Positions 24,417-38,856 are shown, counted from the stretch's first letter. The stretch is DNA of 64,000 bases from Podarcis cretensis (GCA_951804945.1 OX638155.1:57722001-57786000); one strand, 5' to 3'. Notes: generated by a model from the letters alone, not told the origin. Program-made: numbers and translations.

Positions 24417-25364
24417 ATTCCAAAAAACAGTTCAAACGTATTGCTTGAAACCATAGGTCATTGCAATGTTAAAAAACACAATAAAACAGATGGAACAGAT
24501 AAAATGCAACAAATGTGTTGAGAAATAAAGCAGAAATAATCATAGATCAATGAAAAAAATAATCAAAACCTGGGAGTTGAACCTTCAGATGATAAAGTTG
24601 CCAACTCTAGCTAAGGCAGCTGTTTACCTCGATTTAAATCTCCATCAGACCATTTTCTGATTTCACTATTGAACATAGCTAAACATACAAAACCAAAATT
24701 GAAATAATAGAGACAATCAGGCTTCTCCAGTAGTATATTTTACATTTGCCTTGTAAAATTTGGCTTGTGTGTTGGCTTTCAATATGTTCTGGGAGCTGAG
24801 TTGCTAATGTAGGTCATCATAATTTGGCATAGAAGCCACTGTCATTGTGAAATGTTGCAATGAAAAACATGTAGACAGAGCCTTCAATGCATACAGATAT
24901 CTTTTCTCCACCCATAGTAACTGATGGATGCTTCTGAAGTTTTTGTATACATACATATCCTTCCGTAGAAATTGTATAAATAGTACTACTGAAGAAAATC
25001 TCTTCAAAAAGAGAAAAAGATTCTGTTTTAGTCTTGCTTAAATATGTTAGAATGTATTGACAAGGTCTCTGTATTTCATTCAGAGCATCATTGCTCCTGC
25101 AGGCATCTTGGGATGTTTGCAGTTGTTTGCGTGAAAATTACAGAACAGATGTCATTTTCTAGAGGGTGAAAAGCATTTCTTTGATATTCTAGTTACACAA
25201 GAGTGTTTGTATTTAAATGCAAGCTAAACACAATGAAGAGTGTTAGTGCAATAAATGTTTTAAATACAATAGAAGAAGTTGTGCAAGTGTAAGTCCAAAT
25301 GATTTAAGATGAGAATGTACTCTTCAGAAAGGACTGCAGCTTTCATATTTTGGAGTTTCATCCA

Positions 25365-25590
25365 AAGCCACATCTGCACTACACATTTAATGCTGCATAA
25401 TGACACTATAAACAATCATGGCTTCCCCCAAAGAGGCCTGGGAATTACAGTTCGCTGAAGGTACTGTGAGTTGTTAGGAGACCCCTATTTCCCTCACAGA
25501 ACTACAATTCCCAGAGCTCCCTGGGAAGAGGGATTTATTGTAAAGCCAGTCTGAGAAGTAAAGCAGTATGGTACTGCTTTAAATGGACTT
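25365..25590. mobile_element. Old MITE-like DNA transposon remnant
   Basis: catttaatgctg / ctgctttaaatg subterminal inversion; internal ctgggaattacagtt / aactacaattcccag inversion. Confidence 0.55.
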
Positions 25591-27999
25591 TGGGCTCATT
25601 CATATTTCTGTTTGTGGCATAATTTCTAGGCACAGATCCATGATTTCCAGACACAGACCAGAGATGTTTTTTTTTAAAAAAAAACAGAAAACAAACAAAC
25701 AAACAAAAATCCTGCCACTTCCCCTGAATCAGAACATTTGGGTTTTCAGCGGATTGACGTTTGTTCCAATTCAGCAATAGAGAGCAGGTTTTCCCAGGGA
25801 ATATGGCAGGCAGGGAAAAAACAATCTGCTCAGATCTGCATCTGCAAGTCACAGACCTAGAAATCACGTCATAAACAGAAGTGTGGATGAGCTCTTAGAG
25901 GGGGAGGGATTAAAATGACATGTAGTTTAACTCAGTGGTCCATGACCACGCCATCTGCTGCTCCAGATTTCATTGCACCACAAAATGAGAATGTGTAGAC
26001 CAGAAACGTTGCCTTCACAGTACCTTTGAATGTTCTGTAGAAATTAATGAATCTTCCACTTTAAGTGTTCAGAATCAAGGTGACTGTATCAAGTGACAGT
26101 ATATGGAGCATTATAGCTTCCTCACGGAAAGTTGGGCTTGAGAAATAATGTGTGTAATGGAAATTGGTAACTGAATTTTAATAAACATTCATTCCCAGGA
26201 GGACTTGTGTGTACTGTAAATATACAACGCTACTTATCAAAGCAACATTCCTTTTCAACTGAAGAAATGTTAATTAGTATTATTTTTGTTTCCCCATCAT
26301 TTTCTCTTTTTAATCCAAATAATTCATTACGTTCAAAGCAAAGCTGAATGTGTATTGTCCTTGTTTTCTTTCTGAAAAGTCATTTTTCAGATTGCCAAAC
26401 TCCCTAGCTGTCAGTGTTTTCACGTTGTACGAAACATATTTTCATTTTTTAAAAAAAATGTGTTAGGGAGGCATAGCACACTGCATTAGAATTATAACAT
26501 TTTTGTGACCTGACTGATATTTTCAGCAGCCCTAAGGCTGGATCCTTCTTTCAAATGAAAACTCTAGCCCCCTTACATGTGCAGCACAGACAGGACAGTG
26601 GGGGTGCACCTCTGACCCTACATGTGAGGTCATGTGGTAGCTACATGCGGGCTTTCTCCATCTTCTGGGACCTTGATCATGCAACAGTCCAGAATGCCAG
26701 GAAAGCCTATGTGCATAAAGGTCTATATGTGTAGGCTTTCTCTGTGCATAAAATGGGGTCATCAAGGATGAGGCCAGCAGTGTCATGCAACCTCAGGAAG
26801 GGGCCAGAGCTCTGTCCCTGCAGCTTCTGTGTCTTGTTATGGAATCTTCTATGAGGGCCACACTGAGTTAAGTACTGAGAACTTTTGTAAAACATTTCCC
26901 TTGATGTGTTTGTCTTGATGCTTAAATGGCACTCTGAGAGACACTGTGGAACTTGTGTCTCATAGAGATAGTGGTTGTTCATGCTGAAATCCCTAATAAT
27001 TTTTTATTGATGTCCATCAGAGCAGTAACATATAAGGTCAGATCTCATTGACTCATAAATAGCCCTACATCTGCACACTGTATTTGTAATAATTTCTATA
27101 GCACTTTTTGGTGTATAAAAGTACCTTCATATTCTCTTGTCTCATTGATCTTTTCAGCAGCTCTGTGATGAATCAAGCTGCTGAGAAATGCTTTTCGCAA
27201 AACAACTCCACGACTTCCATTACTGAGCAGGTATTTAATGCTAGATCTCCAACATCGAAACTCACCACCAAACCAAAGTGGTGTTTAATATGTTTTCTGG
27301 GGTCCTTACAAAATCTCTACTCAGTCCATCTGTCAAACTTCAGTATTTCCACTGAAGGAAGAAGGTGCTTATTGCTATGAATGCTGATACATTTACTTTA
27401 TATTTGAGTTAAGTTATGGAAACCTGGTTTTTAAACATTGTTTATTGAATCCTATGCCTATAAGGCACTGTGCCCCCAAAATTATTTTTTATTGCGGGGA
27501 GGGGGCATTGTGTGAGATCACAGCAACCCAAATGACCTTCATGCTCGCTAGTTAAAAAATGAGAAGATGGCATCCCAGATTTTGGCTTCAGAGTGTTGGT
27601 ATGTTAAACCTTTATATTGTGTTTGGAGTGTGGTGACCAAATCAGTTTGTGTTCTTCATGATCAGGGGATAAAAGTGGTCTGATAACAAAACATCCTCTT
27701 CTCATTATCATCACCATAAGAGACACCTTAAAGTAATTATTCTGTTCGAAGCAAGGCAGCACAACCTTTCCCCTTTGATTCCCCATGGATGTGTGAAGTA
27801 TCCCAGTGCCAATCGACATGGCTTGGCCTTGGTCATCCTTCGGACAGAGCAGCTCTCCAGTTCTCACAAATGAGGCCTCCTTTCCCAGTTTTGCCTCATA
27901 CAGGGGGGCAAGCAGGCAACAACACCATTACCTGCCTTACTACTTTATAGCAAACAAAGAGGAGATAAAAACTTTAGAGCGCGATTGCTTTCAAAATGT

Positions 28000-29260
28000 T
28001 ACTTCTCAGACAGACTCCCCTACCACTGTCAAATGTGAAAACAAGTTAAAAGCTTGTGTTAAATGGTTTGTGACTAATACACTGCCCCTTTAAATAACTG
28101 AGCTTAAAACCATTCGAATGAGCAATATTACCTGTCAGATGGAACTACAGTTTTCAATTTCATTGCACCTGGAGTAAAACCCATTACTTTTTTGCGAAAT
28201 GCCATTTCATTTGTCCTCTCAGCATCACCACCAGCAACAGCAGCAAGCAAAAACTATGAAGTTTGCATTTAATTAGCCAGGCCTGTATCCTTCCAGCGCA
28301 TCTCCGGATGTAAAACATCTCAACCAAACTGGGAAGCACAAGAGATAAGCAGCAATATGGCCTCTCCCCAACTTCCTTCCTTCCCTCTTCATAGCTGCCC
28401 CTGCAGTCTGTGGAGGGGTTCAGGCCAGATTGCTTTGGCTCATGTCCTGTGGATTACTTCAGTGGTGAGCACTCTTTGGGGAAAGAATGGTGCCTGCCAA
28501 TATCTGTAAACACTACCAGACAACTTCTGTTAAATCAGAAGTAGCTGCTGCCTCTGTGTGCCTGTGTCTCTCTGCCTTTGTCTCCTACGTGTTTTGGTTT
28601 GCAGCCATTAATAGCTTGGCCTCCACAAAGCGGTAGCAAAGGGGAGTGTGTCAGAGCAGCGGGCCAAAATTAAATTACCGCAACCTCGCGCTTTGCATTA
28701 AAGCCTCCACTAAGTGATGGAAGCTGGTAATCGTCCCAATTTTCGTTAAAGACAATGGCCCTCCATGCAACTGGCTACATTCAGTTAATTCATGCTGTCA
28801 GCTTTCCTTTATTGGCTGCGGGGAATGCAGTATTGATTCCTGAACTTAGCGGCAGCACAAAGAACCACTAGTGCATGGTCAAAATGCAGCAATAAAAAGA
28901 GCCTGGCAGCTTGAGGAAAAGCCACCATTCCGCTGCAGAAACAAGGTCAATTAAAGGACAGTGCAGCACAATATAAATAGCATCGCCATTCCTCTTCAGC
29001 CAGGATGATATCACGCTGGCAAGATGACAGTAAATAAAAGAGAAGCTAATGCAGAATAATATAAAGGAATCTGATGTAATTTAATTTCAAGTCTTCCACC
29101 ATTTTGAAAATGCTAGCAATAGCAAAATACATTTCCCTCTTTAAGTAAGAGTTAGCGATTTCTTCCTAAAGTAATCCTTCTGTAATAAAAACTGAGTGTA
29201 AATTAGCTCACGCGCATTAGTCACATGTCAGGTGGTAGATGTTCTGTTTGGAAAGGAAGA
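28000..29260. promoter_or_regulatory. Candidate highly conserved non-coding element (developmental enhancer-like)
   Basis: TE-free, retained CpGs, dense TAAT/ATTA, TGTCA/TGACA, tttattgg, gcaataaaa, acaatg and aaggtca motifs; no long ORF. Confidence 0.5.
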
Positions 29261-30086
29261 AGCTGCAGCTGTGATGCCTCATGACTGCTAGATGCTTGGT
29301 TTTTATTACCTGTTTTGAGTTCCTTTTCAGTATCAGATTATTTTAATAATGAAACAATAATAAGTAATTTTAGCTAATGGGGTTCACATGATGTAACATG
29401 GCGTTGTGGTCATTTGCCTTAATATAAAATATATTGCTTGTTGCCAGCTGACAATTACATTTTAAAATATATCATATGCTGGTAAAGAGTCTCTCTCTCT
29501 CTCCCTCCCTCTCTCTCTCTCTGTGTAAAAGTGTGTAAGTGTAAGCAAGTGTGTTTAAGTGTAAAATAGCTTGCTATTGGATCCTTTGCATCCAAGCGAC
29601 CTCCATCATTATGAAAAAGGACATACACTTCACCTTTCCTCTGTTCAGAACCGATAGGAGGGTGGGTATCCAATCTTAGCATCCAATGAAATGTGAGGAT
29701 GTTTGAGGGAGGTTGTTCATTGTAGGAGAGATCAAACCAGTGCAAACAGGATCTAAATAGGAAGAGCAAGCACTTTCTGGTATATTGTGGATTTTTGAGA
29801 CAGTATTTACTGAGACATTTTGTGCACACCATAGCAGGTACTAGAGGGGAGTGGGCTGGTGGATATGAGGATGTGAGTTGGGATGGCAGTCCAGGAGGTG
29901 TATATTTTAATAACAACATGCAAGGCTGTGCTTGCATCTGAAAGAAGATGAAAGCAACCTGGACTTGGGAAAGAAAAAGGGAAAGAATGTTATTTTCTGA
30001 AAATTCAAGAGAAGCACAGATTCAGTGTAGTGCTAAGGAGAATTCTATCAGCGGAAGCATTTCTGCTTGCCTGACAAAATGATCAG

Positions 30087-31048
30087 AGGGTTCTGTCTTG
30101 GGCCCAGTCTTATTCAACATCTTTATCAACGACTTGGATGATGGACTCAAGGGCATCCTGATCAAATTTGCAGATGACACCAAACTGGGAGGGGTGGCTA
30201 ACACCCCAGAGGACAGGATCACACTTCAAAACGACCTTGACAGATTAGAGAACTGGGCCAAAACAAACAAGATGAATTTTAACAGGGAGAAATGTAAAGT
30301 ATTGCACTTGGGCAAAAAAAATGAGAGGCACAAATACAAGATGGGTGACACCTGGCTTGAGAGCAGTACATGTGAAAAGGATCTAGGAGTCTTGGTTGAC
30401 CACAAACTTGACATGAGCCAACAGTGTGACGCGGCAGCTAAAAAAGCCAATGCAATTCTGGCCTGCATCAATAGGAATATAGCATCTAGATCAAGGGAAG
30501 TAATAGTGCCACTGTATTCTGCTCTGGTCAGACCTCACCTGGAGTACTGTGTCCAGTTCTGGGCACCACAGTTCAAGAAGGACACTGACAAACTGGAACG
30601 TGTCCAGAGGAGGGCAACCAAAATGGTCAAAGGCCTGGAAACGATGCCTTATGAGGAACGGCTAAGGGAGCTGGGCATGTTTAGCCTGGAGAAGAGGAGG
30701 TTAAGGGGTGATATGATAGCCATGTTCAAATATATAAAAGGATGTCACATAGAGGAGGGAGAAAGGTTGTTTTCTGCTGCTCCAGAGAAGCGGACACGGA
30801 GCAATGGTTCTAAACTACAAGAAAAAAGATTCCACCTAAACATTAGGAAGAACTTCCTGACAGTAAGAGCTGTTCGACAGTGGAATTTGCTGCCAAGGAG
30901 TGTGGTGGAGTCTCCTTCTTTGGAGGTCTTTAAGCAGAGGCTTGACAACCATATGTCAGGAGTGCTCTGATGGTGTTTCCTGCTTGGCAGGGGGTTGGAC
31001 TCGATGGCCCTTGTGGTCTCTTCCAACTCTATGATTCTATGATTCTAT
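30087..31048 (+). mobile_element. Young CR1 LINE, 5'-truncated, open RT C-terminal ORF (30098-30970)
   Basis: [33 protein letters not shown] motifs; (ATTCTATG)n tail. Confidence 0.97.
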
Positions 31049-31164
31049 CTTCCCTCTGCTCTAGGGTTCTCCTAAGCCTCCAGAACAGATTTGGAGAGGG
31101 TATATAGGGGGAAGAGAGAGGGGGGAAATTCCTCTTCTGCTATCAAGAATCCTTGCATGGGCTT

Positions 31165-31469
31165 GTCCTAATCAAGGGAAGTAATAGTACCACTCCATTC
31201 TGCCTTGGTCAGACCATACATGGAGTACCGTGTCCAGTTCTGGGTGCCACAACTTACAAGAAAGGAAATCCGACTAAACATTAGGAAGAACTTTCTGACA
31301 GTAAGAGCTGTTCGGCGATGGAATGGACTCCCTCAGAAGATGGCAGACCCTTGTTCCTTGGAGGTTATAAAGGTCATCTGTCAGGGATGTTTCATTTAAA
31401 TTCTTGTATTGCAGGGGTTGGACTAACGACTCTCAGGATCCCTTCCAACTCTACATTTCTATGATTCTA
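31165..31469 (+). mobile_element. Older internally deleted CR1 3' fragment
   Basis: tcaagggaagtaatagtaccact...ttctgggtgccacaa joined to ...tacaagaaagg...aacattaggaagaac; tail ttctatgattctat. Confidence 0.85.
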
Positions 31470-32593
31470 TTAATATGGTATGGCCCAGAATAAAGATAGG
31501 AGCAAAATCTTGCTCCAGAACAGAAGGAAGGGAATCTTAAAGTCCTCCTACAAAGGAACCTTAAATTATTTGGATCCCAACTGTAAAGCAATCTTTTGGG
31601 CTTCTCCCTCTCCACTGTTTATTTTCCAGAACAATGCTAATTTATTTGGGGTTCTGGGTTGTTGTTTTTAACAAGATTTTTTTTTTACCTTCCTAATTGC
31701 TTCTGTTCTTGAAGCCTTGCCTTCCATCCAGACAGTAATCTTGAAGCCACTTATGAGATGGTACTGGAGGGATGAATGGCTAACATCACAATTAAAACCA
31801 TTACTTCAGAAAAAAATGAATGAAATGTAGTCTTCAGATTTAATACCAGGGGCAAGAAAATATACAAGCTAAAATTACTAACACAGGTGGAAACAATGAC
31901 AGCAAGGCATTTACTTGTTTCAGTCAGAGATTTCAAAAGCAGTGGGATATGCCAGATTTCTCCTGTTCAAGTGAAGACCCCAGGTGCTGTTTGATTCCTC
32001 CAAGGTACCCTTGAGATGAAACCAAAGGGTTAAGATATGCTTAGATACTTCAGAGCAATGAGGCTGATCTGAATGTGCGTTCATTGTTCTCAGTGCAAAT
32101 GTGTCTATCTTTAAGTTTGTATGCTCACAAAAATGGGAGATTAGTGGCTTTCTAGTAGAGATTTTGCATGTAAGAGGTTCCAGGTTTAAACCCAGCACCT
32201 CTGGCACAGTTGAAGTTCAGCAAATGTGAAGCAAAAGACAGCTGTGCACCTTGCTGACTGAATTGCCACAACTCAACCAGAAGCCATCAGAAAACAATAG
32301 TGCAAATGATATGATACAGGCATGCACAATCATGCAGTGTTTTTAATGTTTTTCTCTTATTTAGTATAGGCCAGGGGTGGAGAATCTGTAGCTTTCCAGG
32401 TGCTGTTAAACTATTATTCATTGATCGAGAAAAATATTTGTATACTACTGTATCATATATCACAACGGTATGCAACAATATGAAAACATAAAGCCAAATA
32501 ATAAAATAATAAAAAGTTAAAAGCAAGTTAAAAGCAAAAAGAAATTAAAAACAAACACCAAGAGACCATTTTGGGGGATGTACTCTTATCTAT

Positions 32594-32961
32594 GGGACGC
32601 AGGTGGCGCTGTGGGTTAAAGCCTCAGCGCCTAGGGCTTGCCGATCGAAAGGTCGGCGGTTCGAATCCCTGCGGCAGGGTGCGCTCCCGCTGCTCGGTCC
32701 CAGCGCCTGCCAACCTAGCGGTTCGAAAGCACCTCCGGGTGCAAGTAGATAAATAGGGACCGCTTACCAGCGGGAAGGTAAACGGCGTTTCCGTGTGCGG
32801 CTCTGGCTCTGGCCAGAGCAGCGATGTCACGCTGGCCACGTGACCCGGAAGTGTCTCCGGACAGCGCTGGCCCCTGGCCTCTTAAGTGAGATGGGCGCAC
32901 AACCCCGGAGTCTGTCAAGACTGGCCCGTACGGGCAGGGGTACCTTTACCTTTACCTTTAC
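32594..32961 (+). mobile_element. Young full-length Sauria SINE
   Basis: gggacgcaggtggcgctgtggg head, B-box ggttcgaatcc, (ACCTTT)3 tail, 13-bp TSD tactcttatctat (32581-32593 / 32962-32974). Confidence 0.96.
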
Positions 32962-32967
32962 TACTCT

Positions 32968-32995
32968 TATCTATCTATCTATCTATCTATCTATC

Positions 32996-33030
<35 letters not shown>

Positions 33031-33042
33031 CATCCATCCATC
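32968..33042. repeat. (TATC)n/(CATC)n tetranucleotide microsatellite
   Basis: Direct reading. Confidence 0.95.
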
Positions 33043-35165
33043 CCTGACTTGCCCAATGTATGGTCATCATCATCATTTGGACTACAACTCACATCATCCC
33101 TGAGCATTGGCCATGCTGGCTCTGACTCAGTAATATGCTCTGAGTTCTTCTTATACATTACCTCCCTCTTCCCCACTCTCCTCTTTCACTCCCTGCCCTA
33201 TACTTCACCCACTTCACCTTATTTGAAAACTGCAGTCAGCAAGGCAAAGGAAACTAGGACATGTTCCTCTTCACATACATATGTGGAGGAGCATGGGCAG
33301 GCAGCCAGGATTTTGGAGAGACTCTTCCTCAGAGTGTATAGCAATGGCAGCACCATCTGCTACATGTGAAAGTGTTGCCCTCCCTACCCAGCTCCCCACT
33401 TGCAGGTAGATCAATTTCTAATACTTGGTCAAAAAAGTCGAAGGAATCTGCTGATAATGAGAATGGGGTGGTGTATTTGATCTTGTGGCCACATCACCCT
33501 TGTGAAATATGTCAGATAAGTGGCACATTTATTTATTCACTTATTCTTTAGGTCATTTCCAATCTGCAGCACAGGGCAGCTTCACGTAGTAAATCATTAA
33601 AATGATAAAATCATGGCCTGACACTAAAAATACAGCAGGGCAGCAACAATAAATACCTAAGCAGATGGGAGGCCCTCCTGATGTAAAACTAACCACAGAT
33701 TAAATGCCTCGATAAACAAAAACATTTCCAACTGGTGTTTAAATATCAAATACCACCTGGAAAGGAGTTTGAAAAGCAGGGTGACGCTACCAAAAACACC
33801 CTGCCTTTTGCAGGAATAGACTGAAGCATCAGTTTTAGTTTCTTTCAGTTTCTCATTTTTCCACATCTTAAATTCCATTCTCCATATTTCCACAGCAATT
33901 TTCTAAAAAAAGAGAAATCCGCATGAAAATTCACCAGCTTCTTAATACACATTTTTTTGAATGCAGTTTTGGAAGCAATTTCTCATTCAGTTGATTGGAG
34001 GTACTGAAAAGTCTCTTGTGCAGCGTGTCCCAAGAGCCAACTGCCATCTGATTACCAGCACTTGTGAACAAGGTTTCCCAAGCAAAGACAATCAACTGAT
34101 TTTTCAAGACTTTCAAGACTTGAGTAGTGCTGCATGCAGGGCTTCACCAGTACCAACAAGCAGCCGATTGCTGGCACTGGTGAAGACCTCATTGTGAGAT
34201 TAGGGGACTGAGAAATGGCCCCATTCATGTGCCAAACAAAACTCGCAGGGATGTGTAGAGATAAGGATCTGGCCCCTGGGCCAAATCCAGTTCCCCACAC
34301 CTACTGAGGTATGTGGCAACAGTACACTGAAGGTATAATGTTTCTCATTTAAGTAAGTATGTAATATTCTAAAGTTTGTTCTGGAAGTTACTTGTAAAAA
34401 TGGGTTTACTGAGATTATATGTGTGAGCAGTCAGGATTTGAGACTAAAATATGACTCATTGAATAGATTTAGACAGGTTGACTAGTTTCTCCCAAGGCAT
34501 TCTTCTATTAATATCCCGTGATTCACTCTTTGAATACTGTCTGGAACTCACCGAATTTAAACAAGTATTTTGCCTTAATTTGAAAATTATCACCATAATC
34601 AACCACTGAGATGATGTAAAGTGAACTATCGTACCACAGAGCCTTAATGTTAAAAATGTTTTATCTCAGATTCAGTGGTTATACATAACCAAGTTATCTA
34701 AATGGTGCCAACTAAGACCCATAATGTGTCTGTGATGTGACATAGCTATGGATTCCAGCTCTGCTACTGGGTGCAATCCATGAAATTAATGAGTCCTTTC
34801 ACAGGGATTTTTCCCCCTGTGGATTGTGCCAATTTCAATGCCATACCTGCAGAAAAGGGAAAAAGATTTTGACAAGGAGCATTTATTGGACCACATACAG
34901 AAAGAGCATCAAATTTCTTCACTTTGACTAAGTTCATATTTTTTTGAGAAAAGCACAATGGGACTCAGAGATAGATGAGAACACTACTCATGAGCTTTGC
35001 TGGCTCCCCAGCCTCCTGCAACCTCTCAAAACTGGCTCCTGAGCACTGAGGAACCTTCTGGAATGGAGTATGATGATGTATCTTAAAGGGCAACAGGACA
35101 GGGAAATTAGGAGAATTAGTGCCTTGCACTGGTGGAACTGTGTTTGTGGTCATGGATCCAAGTCA

Positions 35166-35305
35166 CAGGCATGAGGAACTTGTGGCCCTCCAGCTGTTGT
35201 TGGACTCCAACTCCTGTTGGCCATGCTGATCATTGGCCATGCTGGCTAGGGCTGATGGGAGTTGGAACCCAACAACATCTGGAAGGCCACAGGTTCCTCA
35301 CCTCT
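35166..35305. mobile_element. Short palindromic hAT-like MITE
   Basis: tgaggaacttgtggccctccagctgttgttgg / ccaacaacatctggaaggccacaggttcctca inverted arms. Confidence 0.8.
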
Positions 35306-38300
35306 TCTGCAGAAAGTGATGATCTGTTTATTTCTTTTTTAAAAAATCATTCATGTTAGTACGAGCAATATAACTGCAAAAGTCAAGAATTCAGAGGAAC
35401 ATACAAGTTTGGTGACTACTGATGTGGACACATAATAAACTGTGTCATTAACCCACTCCCACCCCACAAGCTCATGACTGATGCCACCAATATCTGAGAT
35501 CATGAACAGCTTTCAAAGCTAATGACCACCCACAATCATCTTGCTTTACTTAGTAAATAAGGACTGTACTTCGTAATATCTTTTGAGTAGGACAAGAAAT
35601 TATCCCTACTTAGGTGGGGGGCCTGAGACTTTTTGGTATCTGAGTCGAACCACAAAATGTCCCTCCAATGAGGAAAGAAAGGGTGAGTGAAGATGTATAT
35701 CCAGGAACAAGGGATCTATGTTGGAATCTGCTGTCCCTGTGGATCCTGCTGCCTGAGGTGGTTGCTGTCCCCTCCTCAGGCAGTGGTGGACACTCAAGTG
35801 TGAAAAGACAAATTTGGGTCCTTCCATGCAATTCCACGCTTCTCTTTTCAGAGCCATTCCTTTTGATGCCACGTTTGTCATTGCCCCACACCACCATTTA
35901 ACAACAAGCAACCTAGAATTCTGAATAGTAGTAACATGCCTATTAAACTGAGGACAAGGCAACTGTGTGTCATATTACCTGCTAAGATGCTAGCCAAAAT
36001 GAAGTCTTCCTCAACTTATCCAAATCCTCAAAATCAATTTCTCTTCAATTAAGCCAGCTGTTCTCCCTATTCCACAAAGAATAAAAACCTTAATTTCCCT
36101 TCCTATCCAATGCATTTGGATCAAGGCCTGTCCACTCACGAGACAGACTGAAGCAGCCGCTTTTGGCATAGGTGTCCCACTTGCCTCTGCCAGCACTGCC
36201 AGGGTTGAATGGCAGCAGCTTCCTGTGACCCCAGTAAACAAGACTTCAGCATAGGCAGGTATAGGGGAGACAAGGGAGGCACCTTCCCATTTTACCTCAG
36301 GTGGTGAAACATGATTGGACACCCCTGATCTGGATCTTCTCTGGCCTGTTTCTTAAGGAAGAGGGACTTGGACAATACATTGTGGCTGCACGGGAACAGC
36401 CAGCCACCATCAGACTGCTTCTACCATCTCTCCTTTTCTTTGTTAAAGAGAAAGAGATGTTTTCAGGGTTCTGTTACATGTGCTTCATGTAATGGGAAGT
36501 TGGGCCTTGAAATACATGACCACTAATAAGCAGAACAAATCCATTAAATTAATTTTCACGGAGAACTCGCAACAGCCATCAGATAGCAATGACCTTACTA
36601 AATCTCCTCTGGATCAATTTTAACTGCATCAAGAACTTCCATGTCTACATGCTCACTTTTCCTTTTTTCCATATCAGAGTCTTCTTCCTTCTGCCTATCA
36701 GGCTGGTAAGAATGATTAGTCAGATTTTCTCATAATGTGATAAATAAGCAGGGCTCACAAAGAGATGAAGTGATACAATTGATCTGTACAGCAAAATAAT
36801 AAAATTTCAAAAAAGAAGCAAGCAGCTCACCTTCTTCATTAGATTTTGCAAATAGGATGTCTCTGTGCCAAAGATTTCCCAGGGCCACACTTCTGTATTT
36901 ACATTTTTGTGTCATGTCTACTGATTTGTTTTACCTCATGTCTTGTACTGCAATACTATTTCCGATTAATTATTTTACTGAATTTCAGTATAAGAACATG
37001 CAAACATACCAGAATAAGTGTGATAATTTTTCATCAAAAAGCCTTTCCTGCCCCCTAACAATCCCTTGGTCGATACAAAATCTGTTTATTACCTCTGTAT
37101 GTCCAACTGCAACTACCGCTTCTCCATCTGGTAAGATTGTAGTGACATCAGCCTTAATTCTTGTCGTTTGGGTAAGCATTTTTAATTTTACTTCGTTTTT
37201 ACTATTTTTCACTGTCTCCTCAGGTTTTTAGTCTCTAAGGGTGGGGGAATGTGGAATTGATAAGAGCATGTTTTAAATCTCTAGCCTGGGATCCTGGCTC
37301 ATCTGTGTTGGATTTTATTTTGTTTTTATAATTCTATGGTAAACCATGGATGAGGCATCTGTGGCATGTGAGTAATCTTGGAGGTCCAATCTGGACCATG
37401 AGGCCATTTCCCTCAATCCATACCAACCTCTCAATCAGCTTGTGTCACTTGTGGCACCAGCCAATGGATGGAAGAGTGGGGTTCAGTTCTGCCTCAGCTA
37501 CAAGGGTCTGTTCTCAGCAGTGAACAGGTACTCACAGCCAAAGCAAAAGGACTTAACCTACCTGTCTGTCAGCTGACAAGTGGGAGGATAAGTACTGCTC
37601 ACTTTGGCTTTGTGCGCCTCTTCCCTACTGGGAACAGGTGCACAAAACCAAAGGAAGCACCCTTTTTATTTATTTATTTGCAAGCATTGTCTGCAAGAGG
37701 GAAAAGTCTTGCTTGAGGCCAAAGCTTGCAAAAGGCAAACTTCTTTCTCCAATTTGACATGATGGAGAGAGAAGAAAGAAGCACTTTGCCAGTCCTGTGC
37801 TCAGGGCTTCCCAAAGTGCTGAGCAAAAGGACTGATAATGCCCTTTGCACTGTGGTTAGAGACTGCCTTGTTATGGAGTGGTATTTAAATGTACATAATC
37901 AAATAAATAAATGGATCAAATTGCGATTCTTTGCCCAATTTCCTCCACATACCTTTGAAGAATTAACAGTAAGCAAGCCATCGTTTCTCTGTTTTTGTTG
38001 CATATAGTAATGCAATGATGGTAGTTTTCACTTGCTTAAAAGAGGTGTTTGGCTGCCACCTAATAGCCTGTGAAACTAAGAGGACTGCATGATAAATGGA
38101 AAGGTTAGGAAAGTGGAAAGCTCCCTGTTCAACTGGCAACAGTAGTTTTGAAAATGAGTTAAGCTGTCATTTCCTATCCAATAGAAAATTGCAGAATATA
38201 ACACTTGTTTTACAAAAAAAAAAAAAAAAAAAAAAAAGCTGGGCAAATGTCCATTTACATGGAGGCCTCTAATTGAATAAATCAAATGAGTTGAAATTTT

Positions 38301-38814
38301 CATTTCCATTATGTTAACTTAACCCTAAAGAGAAACACCTAATGCCTGCCAACACTTGAGATCTAAGGTCCTCTTTGGTGATGGCATGTTCATGTTAACC
38401 TCTACAATTTTATCTTCCACCCATGTAAAAACTCACAACTTGCATAAAAGAACATCAAACTGAGTTTCCAAACCAAGTAATACCCCAGTCAATCAAGTAG
38501 CTACTGCCATACTTAAACTGTGCACCTAGAAGCAATGAATGAATGTTCAAGTTATATTTATGAAATGCCGATTCTGCATAATTAGATAAAACAAACACCT
38601 ATAGACCTATTCATTAAACTGTGAATGTAAGTAAATAAAATGTTATTTACTCATTAATTCCAAGAAACAGCCAGAAATAGCTACCAGTTATTATGCTTTT
38701 GATGATCCTAATCTCATGTACATTGCAAATGGATAGCAGGAATAATGACAGTGATAGGTTGGATTCTTTGTTGTGTATATTTATCTTGATGGAAGCAACA
38801 AACTGTACTCAACC

Positions 38815-38815
<1 letters not shown>

Positions 38816-38855
<40 letters not shown>
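38816..38855. repeat. (ATT)n microsatellite
   Basis: Direct reading. Confidence 0.95.

Positions 38856-38856
<1 letters not shown>

Noticed and set aside
30098-30970. 290-aa ORF (and the 352-aa ORF at 57992-59050) as host genes
   Set aside because: Both are CR1 RT remnants; the start at 57992 lies in flanking DNA and is fused by chance.
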